DNA of 64,000 nt, taken from positions 20,709,619 to 20,773,618 of the forward strand of contig OZ316892.1 of NCBI GenBank assembly GCA_973895155.1, read 5' to 3'. Positions within the stretch are counted from its first letter, which is position 1. Every line of letters starts with the position of its first letter. Made by a program: the position numbers and the translations under genes. Positions 26,501 through 39,943 of the stretch are shown here, piece after piece. The notes beneath the pieces are model-generated. The model saw nothing but the letters and a program-made list of their open reading frames with translations. It searched no databases and had not been told where the DNA came from. The stretch is from Marsupella aquatica (taxonomy: Eukaryota > Plantae > Marchantiophyta).

Positions 26501-27350
26501 TGTCCTCACGCCGGATTTTCGGAGCCGACACATTGAGTACTCCTGCCGCTTATCGCTAAGCACACAGTTTCATTCTCACTGACAAATAATGATCAGATCT
26601 GCGCTTCGACAATGAGCGACAAAACCACCACGGAAAATCAGTCTAGAACCTGTTCCCAAAAGGAAGCTAGCTACATCATTGCCGCGACCTGAAAACGAAA
26701 ACGACGAAACCTACAATTTTACCCAGGAAATTCTCCACTATTGTAACAGGAGTCTGCACTGTCTCAAATCAACAACACTTCAAAGCAGGAAGCTCTCCAC
26801 AAACGGAAGCTGGTAGCAAGCGTCCTTAAGCAAGAGTGCAATATATACGTGCGCATTACAACAACAATAACTAGAGCAGCAGCAGCAACACCTCATTACT
26901 TACATAGTAGTCCGTCTCTTGCGACCAATCCCCTTCCCGGCGGCGTCAAGAAACTCGTCTCCCGACTCGTCGTTGCAACGCCATTTAGCTCGGCTGTCTG
27001 CTGTCTGTCTGTTCCTGTCTTGAAGTGAATTCTTGGCGCGTCCCGTCGCGCAATGGGGAAATATGATGCAACCTAAACTCCGATCGAAGCTTTGCCGTGG
27101 TTCCGATGGCAGCCGCGCAGCTCAAGCTCAAGCTCAAGCGAATTGCCTTACACACGAGGACAAGACGCCACTCTCTCCGACTCAAATCAATTGCGTTGTG
27201 ATGGGCTCGACACGACGCAAATCGCAAGACGCAAATCTCACCGACTCGTGAAATCAATTGCGATGTCGACGAAGACAAGAGGCAACACTCTCTGATGTGC
27301 CTTCCTTCGCTCATTCGCTCAGTCGCTCAGATCACGATACACAAAATCCA
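23566..27350 (-). pseudogene. Unresolved spliced minus-strand locus (degenerate gene or lncRNA)
   Basis: Several consensus-like splice sites on the minus strand (donors near 23976, 24249, 25198 and 26486; acceptors near 24015, 26043 and 26689). An open terminal frame reads ELNRVLRSG...VPPFPPRPP-stop. I could not assemble a continuous ORF or recognise a family. Confidence 0.3.
24549..24810. repeat. Three imperfect ~85-90-bp tandem copies
   Basis: caagatcga...ctgca(c/t)gtatctt...ggttct..cctc starting at ~24549, 24641 and 24727. Confidence 0.85.
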
Positions 27351-29116
27351 GGTACTGCATTCGCGACCTGCATTTGAACCGCGACCACGAAAGCGCCTGT
27401 ACCGCTGTTTACATACAGCGCGGATGTAAACTGAGGTAAAAGACTGTTATATAGAGCGGCTTATTAATGTAGACTTACCGTGGTGCCATCCAAGTTACTA
27501 AATCACAATTATATGCATATGGGGAGTTACAGGCTACCCATAGGTCTCATTATAGTTCACTTTCACTAGGAAGTAATGGATAAACTCGACTTTTATGGTA
27601 CACTCTTCACCAAGAGTAGGAATGAGCACTAGCCAGGAGGGAATGGAGCCTTTTAATTAAGAAGGGCAGGTGTGGCTGCCACAGTTTACATGGAGCGGCT
27701 TTTTGTAAATGTGTGCACGATGTTTTACAGCCTTCCTAGCACCCCCGCCCAGACCTTGGTTCCCCACAATTCACACACACTGCCCTTGGGGGCTGTCTTA
27801 GGTAACACAAATTGCGACAAGGACAAATAAATTACAAACTTCATGAAGGGCCCTGGCCCAAGATCTGCTATGGAAAAATGTGTTATCAATAAACATGATT
27901 GATGATTATCTTCTAGTGTTAATGTTTAGCAATTATATATATTTTGGTGGCTTCTCTGTTTTGTGCACTCTCTCAATGTATAAGAACAGAGTGCTATATA
28001 CACTTAAAATGTTAGCATATACTTTGGAGGTTTCTGTCTCTTTACTTAGATGGCTCTGATTGACAATAGTTGCAAAGTAAGTTTCTCTCAGTTGCTTCAG
28101 AGATTTTTATAACAAGAGTAAAGTAATTGAACGGGCTTGCACTTGTGAACCTAGCTTCACTCCATGAATGACAAGTTGAGCATTAAATTGTGGTGAGAAT
28201 TAGTTCCGTGTGTATCTCGCTGCATAAATAATAGAATCTTCAAATTTACTTCAATAAACCATTAGAGTGCTATTATTTTCTCCACTAGTCACTTTTTGCA
28301 TGAATGTAAAGTTAGGGATCGAATTGAACTCCTTTCATTGTCTTTTTCTGTATTGTCATTTACTCAAGGTTTCCACTCATTGCACCTTTCATTTATTTAA
28401 AAATTCACTTTTTTCAGAAATAATGATTATTCCTTTCATCTCATAAACTCTATTTTTCATGCTTTCACTCCAAGACTATTGAGATTGTTAGCTCTCTAGT
28501 TCACAATCAAAAAATATAAGATAGATTCTTTTTTTCCTCGGTCGCGGATTCACATGCTACTACATGTAGGGTAATGATGGTTTGATGTGGGGTAACTAGT
28601 CTCACCCTGTGACCAAAAAGTGAGGAGATACTGATCTGCGGGAGCCAGGAAGTTTTTCTTAGCTTTGTGGAAACAAGTTTCAGATTAGAACCCCAACCCA
28701 AACATTCATTATCATATTTAATATCTGTCTTTCTGATAGGGATTATTGTATTTGGGCTGTATGTAAACGGGTATGTAAAACGGTGGTGAAAGCCAAAACC
28801 ACAGAGGAAAAAGCGATTCCGGTGGTCAAACATGAATAGTGAGTCGTGGGTCTTAGAGGCAACTGTACAAAGGAACCGTTAATTTTTAGACCTCGACGAC
28901 TTGTTACGTGGAACGGAGGTGCAAGGTACAGTAAACTGAAGGGCGGGTTTATTAGGGAACAGCCGGCCCACCACTCACCCGACTAACCATAGACCAGGGT
29001 GACCGGTAAAAGACTATCTCCACGTGTCTTTACAACGCGAAGGGGCCCAGGTGATCGACCTGCCCCCTGCAGTCTACAGGACCCCGCCATCACTAATATA
29101 ATGTGGATACCGGGCC

Positions 29117-29360
29117 GTGCACCAAATCTAGGCCCTATATCGATACAGCAGAATTTGCCCAGGATCCTGAAAGTGTTTAATGCCATTCTTGATTTTCACT
29201 TTCTCGTTTTGATGGCTTTTACGGAGACGAATGGTCCGGTGCACCAAATTTAGGCCCTCTATCGATACAGCAGAATTTGCCCCAGTATCCTGAAAGTGTT
29301 CAATGCCCCTTGTGACTTTTCTCTTTCTAATTTTGAGGGGTTTGGTGGAGAAGAATGCAA
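29117..29360. repeat. ~122-bp tandem duplication
   Basis: gtgcaccaaat(c/t)taggccct.tatcgatacagcagaatttgccc...gaatg occurs twice. Confidence 0.9.
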
Positions 29361-30789
29361 ACCAGATTTGGATGGGGCGGAATGAAATGTGTTCTCTAGT
29401 TTTAGTAAAAATAGTAAACCTCTTCCCTCTCTAAGTGTATTATCTTGCTCTTATGAGAGTATTTTGGGTCATAATAGCCCTTCAAAACTCAAGCTGAAAC
29501 CCTGAATTTTGGAGGCCTTATGGCCCGTAATGTTCTATCACCAGGGTGTTACACCTCAACATTAGGATGCACCAGCGCTTGACAGAAAATTCATAGATAA
29601 ATGTCCATATGGTTTGCATTCAGAGTGCACTGGCCGGTGGGGTCCAAGAAAGGTACCGTGAAATTATGTTTTTCGGGGTCACTTTCAGGCTTGATCTGGG
29701 CACTTTGGTGGGCACACGTGGAGATGCCCTAACCTATTATGAGTGCTTTTGTTTTTGTTTAGAATTTTCTTGGGGCACCCACCTCCTGGCGGCAAGTGGG
29801 AAAAGAAGAAAAAGCTTAGATCAAGTCACCTTGCATTCAGGTGTTGGAACTATTGCTAGGGCAAATTTTGCCCTTTCTTGGGGCACCACCTCCTGCATGG
29901 TGGGAGAAAACAAGAAGAAGTTTAGATGGAGTAGGGTAGAATTAAGGATTTGTTGGTGGGGAAAGGGATTTTCCTGATGGGGATTCCAAAGTGAACCGCA
30001 TCCTTTGATTAGGTACAAAAGCTTGGAAATTATTTGATGGTGATTCTGGTCTCCCTTAGTCTGCATTGTTACCACTGGCAAATAAAAGTTTGAGGGATTC
30101 CTTTTGTAGTAGTGGCTTTGGCCTTCCTCCTAGATCTGAAAATTTAGATAATAGGTTTTTGGAGGTGTACATTTACTCACTTCTGTTGAATTTGGTGTTT
30201 GGCCGCTTTGACCTCATTTTGTTTCAATCACATTGCACTTTGTTTGGCCCCCTTTTTTGTAAAATGTGACCACTTATCTCTCAATACATTGGAAAGATCT
30301 TTCAGACTATATATGACAATTTCTTCCAATATGGGCAGAAGAAACATTTAAAGTCTCTACTGGGATAAGTCAATTGGCTCTTTGAAAGCTCAGATAGCAT
30401 CCTTTTAAGCTGAACTTTTGGTCCTGTGAATTAGGAGTTTCATATTATATGCCTGGTGTCAATGGAAAGCTCTTTACGGACCCCCATGAGAGGTCTCTTG
30501 CAAATTCCCTGCCACGAGGTTGCGCCAACCAGCCACAAACAGGAATGATCCTACTTTTAACAATAACAAACGTGCACATTCCTGTTTGTGGCAAAAGCAA
30601 CGTAATTTTTGGGCGCCATGCCGTAAATATTGAACGTAAAAAAACCAAAATACAAAGGGAGATATGTCATTTAGTAAAATAAAGTTACCATTTTGATGTT
30701 TGTCAAAGATATATTAATGTTTTATATCAAAATGCTTGTATTTTTTAATTGTTTGCAAGCTTGAAAAAAGTAACCAACCAATAGAAATG

Positions 30790-31320
30790 TACATAGTTAA
30801 AACTCATTTGGCTTCACATTGTAAAACTAAATAATCAATCTCCTTAGTACTTGATAAAATCTGTTAATGCTTGATTCATTGGAAAACTCAAGATCAAGAT
30901 TTAGAAACTCGTGACCTCTTTAGTATTGTCTTGATAAAATCTCTCAATGTCACACTCATTGGAAAGTTAAAGTAAAATTAAAAACTCATCATCTTCTTAG
31001 TACTTGACAAAATCTATCAATGTTAGGTTCATTGGAAAGCTAGAGAAATTCAGATACTCATGATCTCTCTAATTCTTGACGAATAATCTCAATGTCACAC
31101 ATTAGAAAGCTAGAGAGATTGAAAATCTCATGATCTCTTTAGTATCGTGACAAAATCTGACATAAAATTTGTCAATGTTGAACTCAATGTTGGAAAGCTA
31201 AAAAAATTCATGGACTCATGATCAATATTTCTTTTACTCACACTCATTGGAAAGGCAAAGAAATTCATCAAAAATTCATTTGGAACTTGACAAAATTTGT
31301 CAATCTGAGGCTCATTGGAA
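30790..31320. repeat. AT-rich degenerate tandem repeat (~65-70-bp units)
   Basis: Recurrent cattggaaa...ctcatgatctct..agt..ttga(c/t)aaaatct..caatg motif. Confidence 0.8.
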
Positions 31321-32884
31321 ACCCTTTCTCGATTAAGAGAATTTTTTTGTTGGTTTCTCCTTTCTATGGTCTCCCTCTCACACCATATCTAAGGGAGATA
31401 TGTCATTTAGGTCTCTCTCTCACACCATAGCTTTCTTAAATAAAAAAACTACAAATCCTTCATGTGAAGCGATGACTCGTTTGTTTTGTGTGTTCTTCCC
31501 ACCGAATCGACAAGCGCTCTTTTGCCAATAGCTAAGTGTTGTTCTCCAGTCTGTCTTGTGGCGGTAATGCTCAATATAACTCACAAACGATCAATCATGA
31601 ATGATAGAAACACGATTTCTCCAATGTGTAAGCAAAAACCGTAAAAAAACTCAATTCCTCCATATTCAACCTTCCATTGATAAATCTCCTCTATATTTTG
31701 GGCGTTTTCTTTTGTACGAGCACACACCAAGATCATCGGGAGACTCAAAACCGTCGATTATCGCCTTGTTGAAAATTGATTTCACTTCATCAAACACACA
31801 TTCCTTGGATGAACATGGGGGTCCACGGATTAATTCTAAGTATACTGATATAAAATTTTCTAACAGAAAAACATGTAAAGATAGAGTAACAGCTGGGGAA
31901 GGTCACTCTCACTTTTAAGTGACAAAAACTGGCAACATTCCACCTCTCTGAAAAGTGTTATTGCTTGTGACCTGGGGCTCCGTGCAATCAATCAAGGGTG
32001 CCCCTTGGATTTGTTTTCTCTATGTTCCACTGGTTTTGTGACGACAGATTTTGAGTTCATTTGATGCACAGTTACCTTTTAAACTAAAAACAATTAAAAA
32101 CCAGCAATTTGATTCCATCCTTAGTACTAAGAAAATCAGAAAGGAAAGCCAACATAGACACAAAGGTTAGTTCTGGAGATTTGGATGGACACATCAAACC
32201 ATAGTTTAACAGAACCAGAGAAAAGTGCTTTGAAAAACCTGGGAGTATGATTAGACGTTTAGATTGGTGAATCAGTGAGTCCATTCAAGCACCTTATTCA
32301 AACCTTTGTGTCTATTGGGGCTCTGTGAGTCTATCCTAACACCTTGTCAAACCCTCTGTCAAACCTGGCTAGACATCTTTTTTGTGTGTAAGTTTTTGTA
32401 AATATGAGGTTATCTGGCATTAAATAATGCATGGGCACAAGATTACCAACACATAACCTTTGCTCAAACAAGATTTATGCCCTTGACCTATCCATGCGTT
32501 ACACCATCAAGCTCCATCCAGCCATGTACCCAGTGCAAAATTTTCTTTGTATTTCTATTAATCATCATGAGCCTTTACCCCCTGCCAGCCTGGCCTAGGG
32601 TTAATGAGATTTCTGCCCCCTGATTAGCCCACCTGGAGGGTTATTAGATTTAAGACTCTATTTTCAACTGATAAATAGAGTAAAACTTTACTCTGGACTC
32701 CCCTTGTTTATCCATGGTCACTTGGGGGCAATGAAGGTAACCCGGCCCCCTTTGGCTTACCGCTCTCATTGATTGCATCCCATAATCTCTTTGGAGTCAT
32801 ATTTGTAACCCCTGGGGTCACCGCACTCAAACTTAAGTATTACATGAAGGTAACCTCCTTGGGATCACCACCCTCAGCAATTAC

Positions 32885-33115
32885 ATCCCATAATCCACTT
32901 GGGGCCATGGGTTACCCTAAACCCCTCTTACTACCTATAATCCCTTTAGGGCCATGGGTTACCCTAAACCCCTCTTACGACCCATAATCCCTTGAGTCCA
33001 TGGGCTACCCTGAACTCCTCTTACATCCCATAATCTCCCTTGGGTCCATGGGTTACCCTAAACTCCTCTTACATCCCACAATCCCCTTGGGGCCATGGGT
33101 TACCCTGAACTCCTC
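32885..33115. repeat. ~44-bp minisatellite, 5-6 copies
   Basis: cccataatcccttggggccatgggttaccctaaac(c/t)cctcttac repeated. Confidence 0.9.
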
Positions 33116-34507
33116 TTCGTCAGTAATGTTATCAGTTCGGGAACACGCACACTCACATCTGTCAATGGCGTACTCACTCTTGTTCCTCATGCACGGAGCC
33201 CTCACTACACGAGTGCTCTGTACCGAGCTCCGTGAGTCGAAGCTCCACTCTCCAGAAACTCGGGGAAAGACGTTACAAGGCTGCATCGAACAAGGCGCTT
33301 CCATGGCGTAACTCACCTCTTGAGGACCAACGTCCAGACTCCGAAGTCTTCAATCCTCGATCCTCAGAATCGCGGTATTATTCTCTCCGACCTCCAGGTT
33401 CGTACTGTACTTGGTCTCCTCATGAGAACACCGGCAATAATGCTATGGTTTCTGTCCATTAGAAGTCAGCCAGTAGATTCCTTCCGTTCACAGGAGTCTC
33501 ATCGATGGGAAGGGCTTGATGCGGGCACTCACGGTGTGATGATGCTAGCTTCGCTGGATTCTGACGAGCCAGTTCCGAATCGATCTATAAATTACTCTAG
33601 GAGTTCGTCGACTGTGGTCGTGGCAAGCTGTCGAAGGCATGCTCCGGCTTGGATTTCAGGACTGTAGAATGATTACCAGGTGCGGTAGGTGCGGTCACGG
33701 GGGTTCATATTTATCCACCGACACCAAGGGTTCATAAAATGTGAGTGTGACGATGAGTGATGATGCACGTGACCATGAGCATCGGTCCAATTTATGCCAC
33801 GGATTGGAGTTGTGTCGGTCACGAAGTCTGTTGACGGGAGCATCATCAAATGCGAATGCTTCACTCACCGTAACATGCAGTCTCGCAAGTCCCTGTCGAT
33901 GCCTGGTTTCCACAGCAGTTACCGAAGGTTTAGGGCTTCTCCACCCGTCTCCTGCCTGCGGGTGAAAAACGATGCGAGTAATCTCGATTGACATTCACGC
34001 ATCAAGAGACATACAAGAACTAGAAAGGCACGCAATGTGCTTTGCATGCTTTTCATTGTGGAAACATATGCAGGCAGATACTGTCCACTTCTCCTCTCTA
34101 CTTGCTTGTCCACTCTTGCGAGTAGAAGCAAGTCAATCTTCAACTCCTGTTTCTCAGGACAGAATTGAAAAGTGCGTGTCAGCATTTCCTGTTCTCAGCG
34201 GTGAATGCCTTTGCAAGTCGACATGTTTACTTCGTTATTAAGGTTAGCAATAGTAGAAGTAGCTCCCGACACTTCTTGCTAGCAGAACGCATCAAAACCT
34301 CCCAAGGACAATAATTTTCCCTGTTCGCAACCGGCACAGTAGAGTAGACTGGAAACGACAGATTTGTCAGAACGCGCTGATTAATGGGGCAGCTCCGCTG
34401 CTGCTGCTTGCGCATGACATCGTTTTCTTGTGGAGCAAGATTTTGTGATATTTACAGAATACGCAGATCCCGATGCATACAGAACTTCCAAACCAATTCA
34501 TGTTGAC

Positions 34508-34716
34508 GAGTGATCACTAGAGCCGTACGCGCGGACCGAATACGGGAAAACTACGAGGTCAATCTGGCGGCTGTTCTCGGATACACATTTGAAATGAGTT
34601 GAAGAGGTTGGCGAGTGATCACTAGAGCCGTACGCGCGGACCGAATACGGGGAAAACTACGAGGTGAATCTGGCGGCTGTTCTCGGATACACATTTGAAA
34701 TAAGTTGAAGAGGTTG
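34508..34716. repeat. ~104-bp near-perfect tandem duplication
   Basis: cgagtgatcactagagccgtacgcgcggaccgaatacgg...gttgaagaggttgg occurs twice. Confidence 0.95.
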
Positions 34717-34850
34717 GGAAACTGTAAAAGGCTGCAAAGTTTAAATGCCTCCCTAAAACAAGGGGAGAATATAGGGATGATGAACGAAAGAATCCAAAGA
34801 ATCCAAACCATTAAAGTAAACGACGGCCCTACCCAACGTAATTCACAACA

Positions 34851-35689
34851 ACCATGCTTTAAATTTCCATTTAGTTAATGTTCCCCAATCTTGTTGGGAC
34901 CCCGTATGCTGCTCGTCCCAGTCCCCGATGTTGTTGCCCGCTCCGGCTGGAGTTTGCTAGAACATAAACCAACACTCTATCATATTGTCACATGCCCCAA
35001 CTCAATCAACTTTGTGCTGTCGACTTCAAGTTTATGTTCTGACACCTTTCACTTGCTTTTGCCTGCTCCGGCCCAAGTCCCCATTTCTGTTGTCAGCTCT
35101 GGCCCAAGTCCCCATTTCTGTTGTCAACTACGGTCCAAGTTTACCACAACATAAACCAATACTCTATCATTTATCACGACTCTCATGCAGTACCAGGCGT
35201 TGCCTGAGCACTTAGACTCTTATTATGAAACAAAGATGACTCCATTGGAAAGAAGTGTTGCCAGATCATGAACCACAACTCCATAGAAAAAAAACATTTG
35301 GTAGAACAGTAATCAAGACTCTATCAATCGTGATTCTTAACCAAAGTACTAGGCTGTACTTGAACACTTAGACTTTCTTACAAAGCAAGCATGACTCCCT
35401 AGCCGGGCATGACAAAAATGTTACCAAAACATAAACCACAACTCCACAAGGAAGAAGTTGATGGAACAAAGTTGATTGGGCCAGAGCGAGTGACAACAAG
35501 TGAAGGGTGCCAAAAGTCGATGACACAATATTATTCGGGCCGGAGTGGGTGACAAAATGGTAGAGTCTTAGTTTATGTTCTGGCAAACTCGGGCCGCAGC
35601 GGGCAGCAACACTGGGGATTGGGACAGGCAATGTACGGGGTCCCAACAAGATCGGGGAGTATTAACGCGGTGTAGATTTAATGCATGGT
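34851..35689. mobile_element. Non-autonomous Mutator-like (MULE/foldback) element with ~250-bp imperfect TIRs
   Basis: The left end accatgctttaaat...cttgttgggaccccgta is the reverse complement of the right end tacggggtcccaacaag...atttaatgcatggt. Candidate 9-bp TSD ttcacaaca (34842-34850) / ttcacaaaa (35690-35698), one mismatch. Confidence 0.8.
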
Positions 35690-38128
35690 TTCACAAAAGG
35701 GAAGAGCAAAACGGTATAATGGATTGACCTGAAAAGACATGCAGAATTGCAACTCATGACGTACTTGAAGGGCCTGATAAGACAGACAATCATGGGATGG
35801 TACAGAAAAGGAGCCTAGAGCAATGAGTATCACCACTTTGTAGCTGTTGTAAGTGACTAGTCTTCCGTCTCGATGCCCCTGGGGCTATTGCTGTTTAATA
35901 CTACTCGGTGTTCAATTATCCGTTGGACATGTGAATCTAGTGTAGATATCCATTTGCCCACTCATTAACTGAATGCCCGAATTCCCAACAGACAAAGGTC
36001 GAGCGTGCATTAAAGTACACCCGGTGGTCTTAATTTGGCGAACTACATGGATTGGGTGTTGTCTCCTTTTGGTGCTCGGGTTGTGTGCATGGTACTTTCT
36101 GTGAGTTCAGAAAGCTCGAGTGCAACGTTATTTGGTCGAAGAATCTTGATATTCCCGGATTTCAAATAAGATTATGAATGAAAGCCTTCGATTCAATTGT
36201 CTATCTCACTGTCTGAAAATTTGGTCTAGATCCCAAACAATCGAATATTACATCATTTAATCTGGTGCGCTGGCAATCGAGGAGGTTGCCTCGGAGTCTT
36301 CAGGATGCGGCGCTTGCTAGAAGTCCTTTTTTTACTCTTGCCCCAGCTTGGTATTGTTTGGTTGTCATTGTCTTTGCCATTGCCATTGTTTTTTGTGGTC
36401 GCTTACATGCTGCCAATTTCAATAGGCATCGAAGAAATATCAGGTGTTGCAATTGTATTTGCAAGGATTCCCACCATCTGCCAATTTCAATAGGCATAGG
36501 AGAAATATCAGGTGTTGCAATTGTTTTTGCAAGGTCCTCCCCTCTGTGAGGCTCACACCAGAATGTCCCCTCTTGCACTTTTAAGGAGAAGTCCTTCACA
36601 TCGCGCTGTGCTTCTAGGTCAGGAAAGATTCTAATATCTGTGCGATACACCTTGGCCTTGTTTTGCACAACTAGTCCGTGATTCCAAGGCTAAGGTCTTA
36701 GAATCGTGGGGCAAAATCTCCCATTCGATCCTGTCCCAAGCCTGAAGGGGGGGATCCACGCTTGGGACAGTCCCTTTGCATTTTGGTAGAGCCGTTTCTA
36801 GTGACAACTAGATGGACGGTTTTCAAGGGGTAACACAATGATCACCAGATTCAGTGCTGCTCATCCGCCCTGCCATTGTCCCCTCGGATCCTAGTGGTAT
36901 CTGCAGCAGCCAGGCCTTAAATAAACTTGCTGGATACCACCCTTGGAGATTGCTGTCCAAGCTTTTTGATTTTGCTTTACTGAAGTCTCGTCGTCACAAT
37001 GTTGAATTAAAGATGTTCTGTCTGTTTTCGCCATTTCTGCTGTATGGCATCAAGTCTCTTCTGTCCATGACTGAACTTGGTTTGCATTAGCAGCTCTCCT
37101 TGCCATAGATAACTTTACAATTCGTTGTGCAATCCATGCTTCTACTTGTTCTTGGATCCTTGAATCCTGCCAATCTAGCCAATCTATCAACTCATTTCAT
37201 GTAGACCGGGCCACCTCTGTGCCTTTAAATGTTACTAAGAATCAATTTCTGTTCGCAACCGTGTTGCAGCTGGGTCCTCAGTCTCCTATCAGACCTTTGC
37301 TTTGGCAGAATAGAGGAAAAGTCATCTTAAGCGTCTATTAGAAGTATTGAGCTTCTCGAATCGCTAATTTGCACTGTAGATGAGTACAAGAATCACTCTG
37401 TAGTTCCTCTGGAGCATTGAAGAGTACAAGATCATTCTGTAGTTCCTCTAGAGCGTTACTGGCAACTTATCCAGCCTGAGAGACTTCTCGATTCTCCGTC
37501 GGCAGAGCTTCAGATGCACAAGAAAAATCTGATAGGACTGGTTCCCCTCTTCGGAATAAAATGTAGAAGCATACAGGGTAAGGTTGGGGATGATGTGGTT
37601 TAAAGCGACGAAATTGAACAAAGGGGAACCAGATATGGGGGTGGATATATTGGCCAGATACGATACAAAGAGAAGAAAACTGACCTGAAAACATTAGGGC
37701 GGAACATCAAGAGTATATAACAGAGAGAAACCGCGGAATGAAATGCACTAGCGAAAACTTGGAGATAGTGGGAAAAACCATGACAAAGGTAATGGGAGGC
37801 GACAGCAATTCATAATTCACAATTGAACAAAAACAGAACAGAAGCCAAAGATAAAGTAAAATATGAGCACTTTTGTGAGCGAGCATGTTCGATGACGGTA
37901 TCCCAGAAAGGGGAAAGCTTCTCAGTAGATATATAAAGTTCGATGACGGTATCCCAGAAAGGGGAAAGCTTCTCAGTAGAAATGTAGAGCTTCTCAGTGA
38001 GTGGGCTCTATATTTCCGATTGCTTTCGTTTGGAGCCAATTGTGCGTAATGAGTTGGATGACTCTGTGCCGCCAGATTAATGTGACTCAGTCGATCAATT
38101 AGTAGGATTACTCCTGGTCAAATCACGA

Positions 38129-39943
38129 TCATCTAATCAATTTCATCTCCATTTTCAGGTCTGAGATTCGAACAGAAACATCAGCGTCGTACTGTGGATC
38201 CCAAGCTGGAACGAACGTGACAGTCACGGAATCTTGGCGACTGACATCTAATCTGTGGAGCCTGTCGCCGATGCCAATCGTCCTTGTGAACTCCCGAGCA
38301 ATTCTTGTCTCCTCTCCAACATCGAGCCCTTCGGATTCGACTTTCATGCCGCCCAGAAACTCTACGCAGCTGTGAGGGGTGTTTTCATTGGCTTCCGGAA
38401 GCTCCAAGAAGATTTTGAAGAGTACGCTGATGTTGAAGGGCTTTTCTACAGCTCCGCTCACCACCAAAACCTCGTCATACACCGATGACACGTTGTCAAT
38501 CCTGATTATCTTAGGCCTGGACACTCTCGAGGTCACCACGGCCCTTCTTGTTCCGCCCAGGACAATTGCGGGCCCGTTTTTCTCTCTCCGGAAGAGACTT
38601 CCAATCGCAATTGCAGTGTTTCTCACTGCGTCCCAGGAAAGAAATTGATGCCAGAAATGCCTCACAATGCCGGTACGAATGTAGCTAGGATCAGTATCGC
38701 GAATCGATTTCGGAGCGTACTCGAGCCAGTCGACAGGCACTTGCTCGTACGAGATGCGGAACTTCGCAATGTCCAAAGTATCTCGAATGTTGACACGCAC
38801 CATGTCTGCATTTTCATCGTAGAACAGGAACTCGGTGTCGAGCCAGTCCGGGTCATCAAGGTCGCGCCCTCCGAGGCTCTTCCACATCAACCATAGCCGG
38901 TCCACTTGAGAGTGGTGGGCGAAGAAGAGAGGGTCCTTAGCTGAAGAGTAAGCTGGCGCCATATCCTCTCCGAACGGCTCGGTCTCGTCGCCTGTCCAAA
39001 AATGGATAGAAGCATGGGGACCTGCCTCAAACACTCCATCTCTTAACGTGACGGCGTACCCTTGAGCGAACTTTCCTCCGTAGAAGGCCTCAGGAGTTCT
39101 GACGTCGCTAACCATCGTCCGCCACAAGGTATAGAAGTTCTCTCGCTTCAGCTGTTCAGGATCCTTCTGGCCTGAGGACGCCTGGAAGAACAAGTCGGCT
39201 CTCGAAGGAGGCTGATGGAGTTTCGAGCGACGGGGATCGAAGAGGGAACAGCTCGCGTTGGTGAAGATGGAGGGAATGACGTTGGCAGGCGGGGAAGATT
39301 CACTCTGCACGTCCCACGCCCAGTAGGGAATGGCGAAGGTGTCATCGCCGATGAGGCTCGCGAGAATCCGCTCGTGGAAATAGAGGTACCAGCGGTGGAA
39401 TGGCAGGACGAGCCAGCCATGATGCACATCGAATATTTCCGACGAGTTCACTTGGGAATACGCAGCTGCGCAGTAGGCACAGTGGACATTCGATTGGGCT
39501 TCGTAGGAGCGAGGATCGTGCGCCGGAAGAGCTCGCATCAGCTCCACAGCTCGCTCGTACTTGCGGACGAATTCCTCTTCTAGTTTGTGAGCAGGTCTGC
39601 GAATTCGCACTGGCAGGTTAGCGTTGAATTCAAAGTTCTTTATGGGCCTTCCTGTGTCAACGAAGCAGCAGTCGATTGCATCAGCAGCAGTCCTCCTAGG
39701 CGGGATCACTGGCCGACAGCTGCCCAAGTCCGGGCCGAGAATGGGAGCTCCCTCGACAATAATTACCAACGCCGTGGAGCTGAAAAGCAGCGCAAGATAG
39801 ATAGCAGTCCAAATGCTGTTCAACTTCATTTCTTTGCTGCCAGTGGACCGTGTGGTTGCCGGTGCACCTTCATCATCGATCCTGACATGCGAAAGCGAGG
39901 ATCTGCTCATCACTCGTTCCTCACCTCGACATGCCTCTTCCAT
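38129..39943 (-). CDS. PPO: Polyphenol oxidase (type-3 copper tyrosinase family), intronless, 604 aa, secretory-pathway type
   Basis: CuA HCAYC...HHGWLVLPFHRWYLYF, CuB HASIH...DPLFFAHHSQVDRLW, DWL domain (DPDWLDTEFLFYDEN) and a KFDV-like C-terminal domain. The N-terminus has a hydrophobic stretch IWTAIYLALLFSSTALVIIVEG/AP in place of a bipartite thylakoid transit peptide. Confidence 0.96.
   Translation of the reverse strand: MEEACRGEERVMSRSSLSHVRIDDEGAPATTRSTGSKEMKLNSIWTAIYLALLFSSTALVIIVEGAPILGPDLGSCRPVIPPRRTAADAIDCCFVDTGRPIKNFEFNANLPVRIRRPAHKLEEEFVRKYERAVELMRALPAHDPRSYEAQSNVHCAYCAAAYSQVNSSEIFDVHHGWLVLPFHRWYLYFHERILASLIGDDTFAIPYWAWDVQSESSPPANVIPSIFTNASCSLFDPRRSKLHQPPSRADLFFQASSGQKDPEQLKRENFYTLWRTMVSDVRTPEAFYGGKFAQGYAVTLRDGVFEAGPHASIHFWTGDETEPFGEDMAPAYSSAKDPLFFAHHSQVDRLWLMWKSLGGRDLDDPDWLDTEFLFYDENADMVRVNIRDTLDIAKFRISYEQVPVDWLEYAPKSIRDTDPSYIRTGIVRHFWHQFLSWDAVRNTAIAIGSLFRREKNGPAIVLGGTRRAVVTSRVSRPKIIRIDNVSSVYDEVLVVSGAVEKPFNISVLFKIFLELPEANENTPHSCVEFLGGMKVESEGLDVGEETRIAREFTRTIGIGDRLHRLDVSRQDSVTVTFVPAWDPQYDADVSVRISDLKMEMKLIR

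Noticed and set aside
27400-32880. A single large transposon (Gypsy-like tgtaac/gttaca ends at 29553 and 32804, or a MULE transposase remnant near 30450)
   Set aside because: No matching LTR pair, PBS, TSD or convincing protein motif. It is probably decayed TE sequence but cannot be classified by eye.
33116-34420. F-box/kelch-like pseudogene on the minus strand (NP..R..W, IYWLT fragments)
   Set aside because: The fragments fall in different frames with many stops and no recognisable F-box motif. Needs BLASTx.
35700-37150. LINE ORF1 remnant on the minus strand (KRDCPKR knuckle-like fragment)
   Set aside because: The motif is incomplete, and no endonuclease/RT, poly-A tail or TSD was seen.
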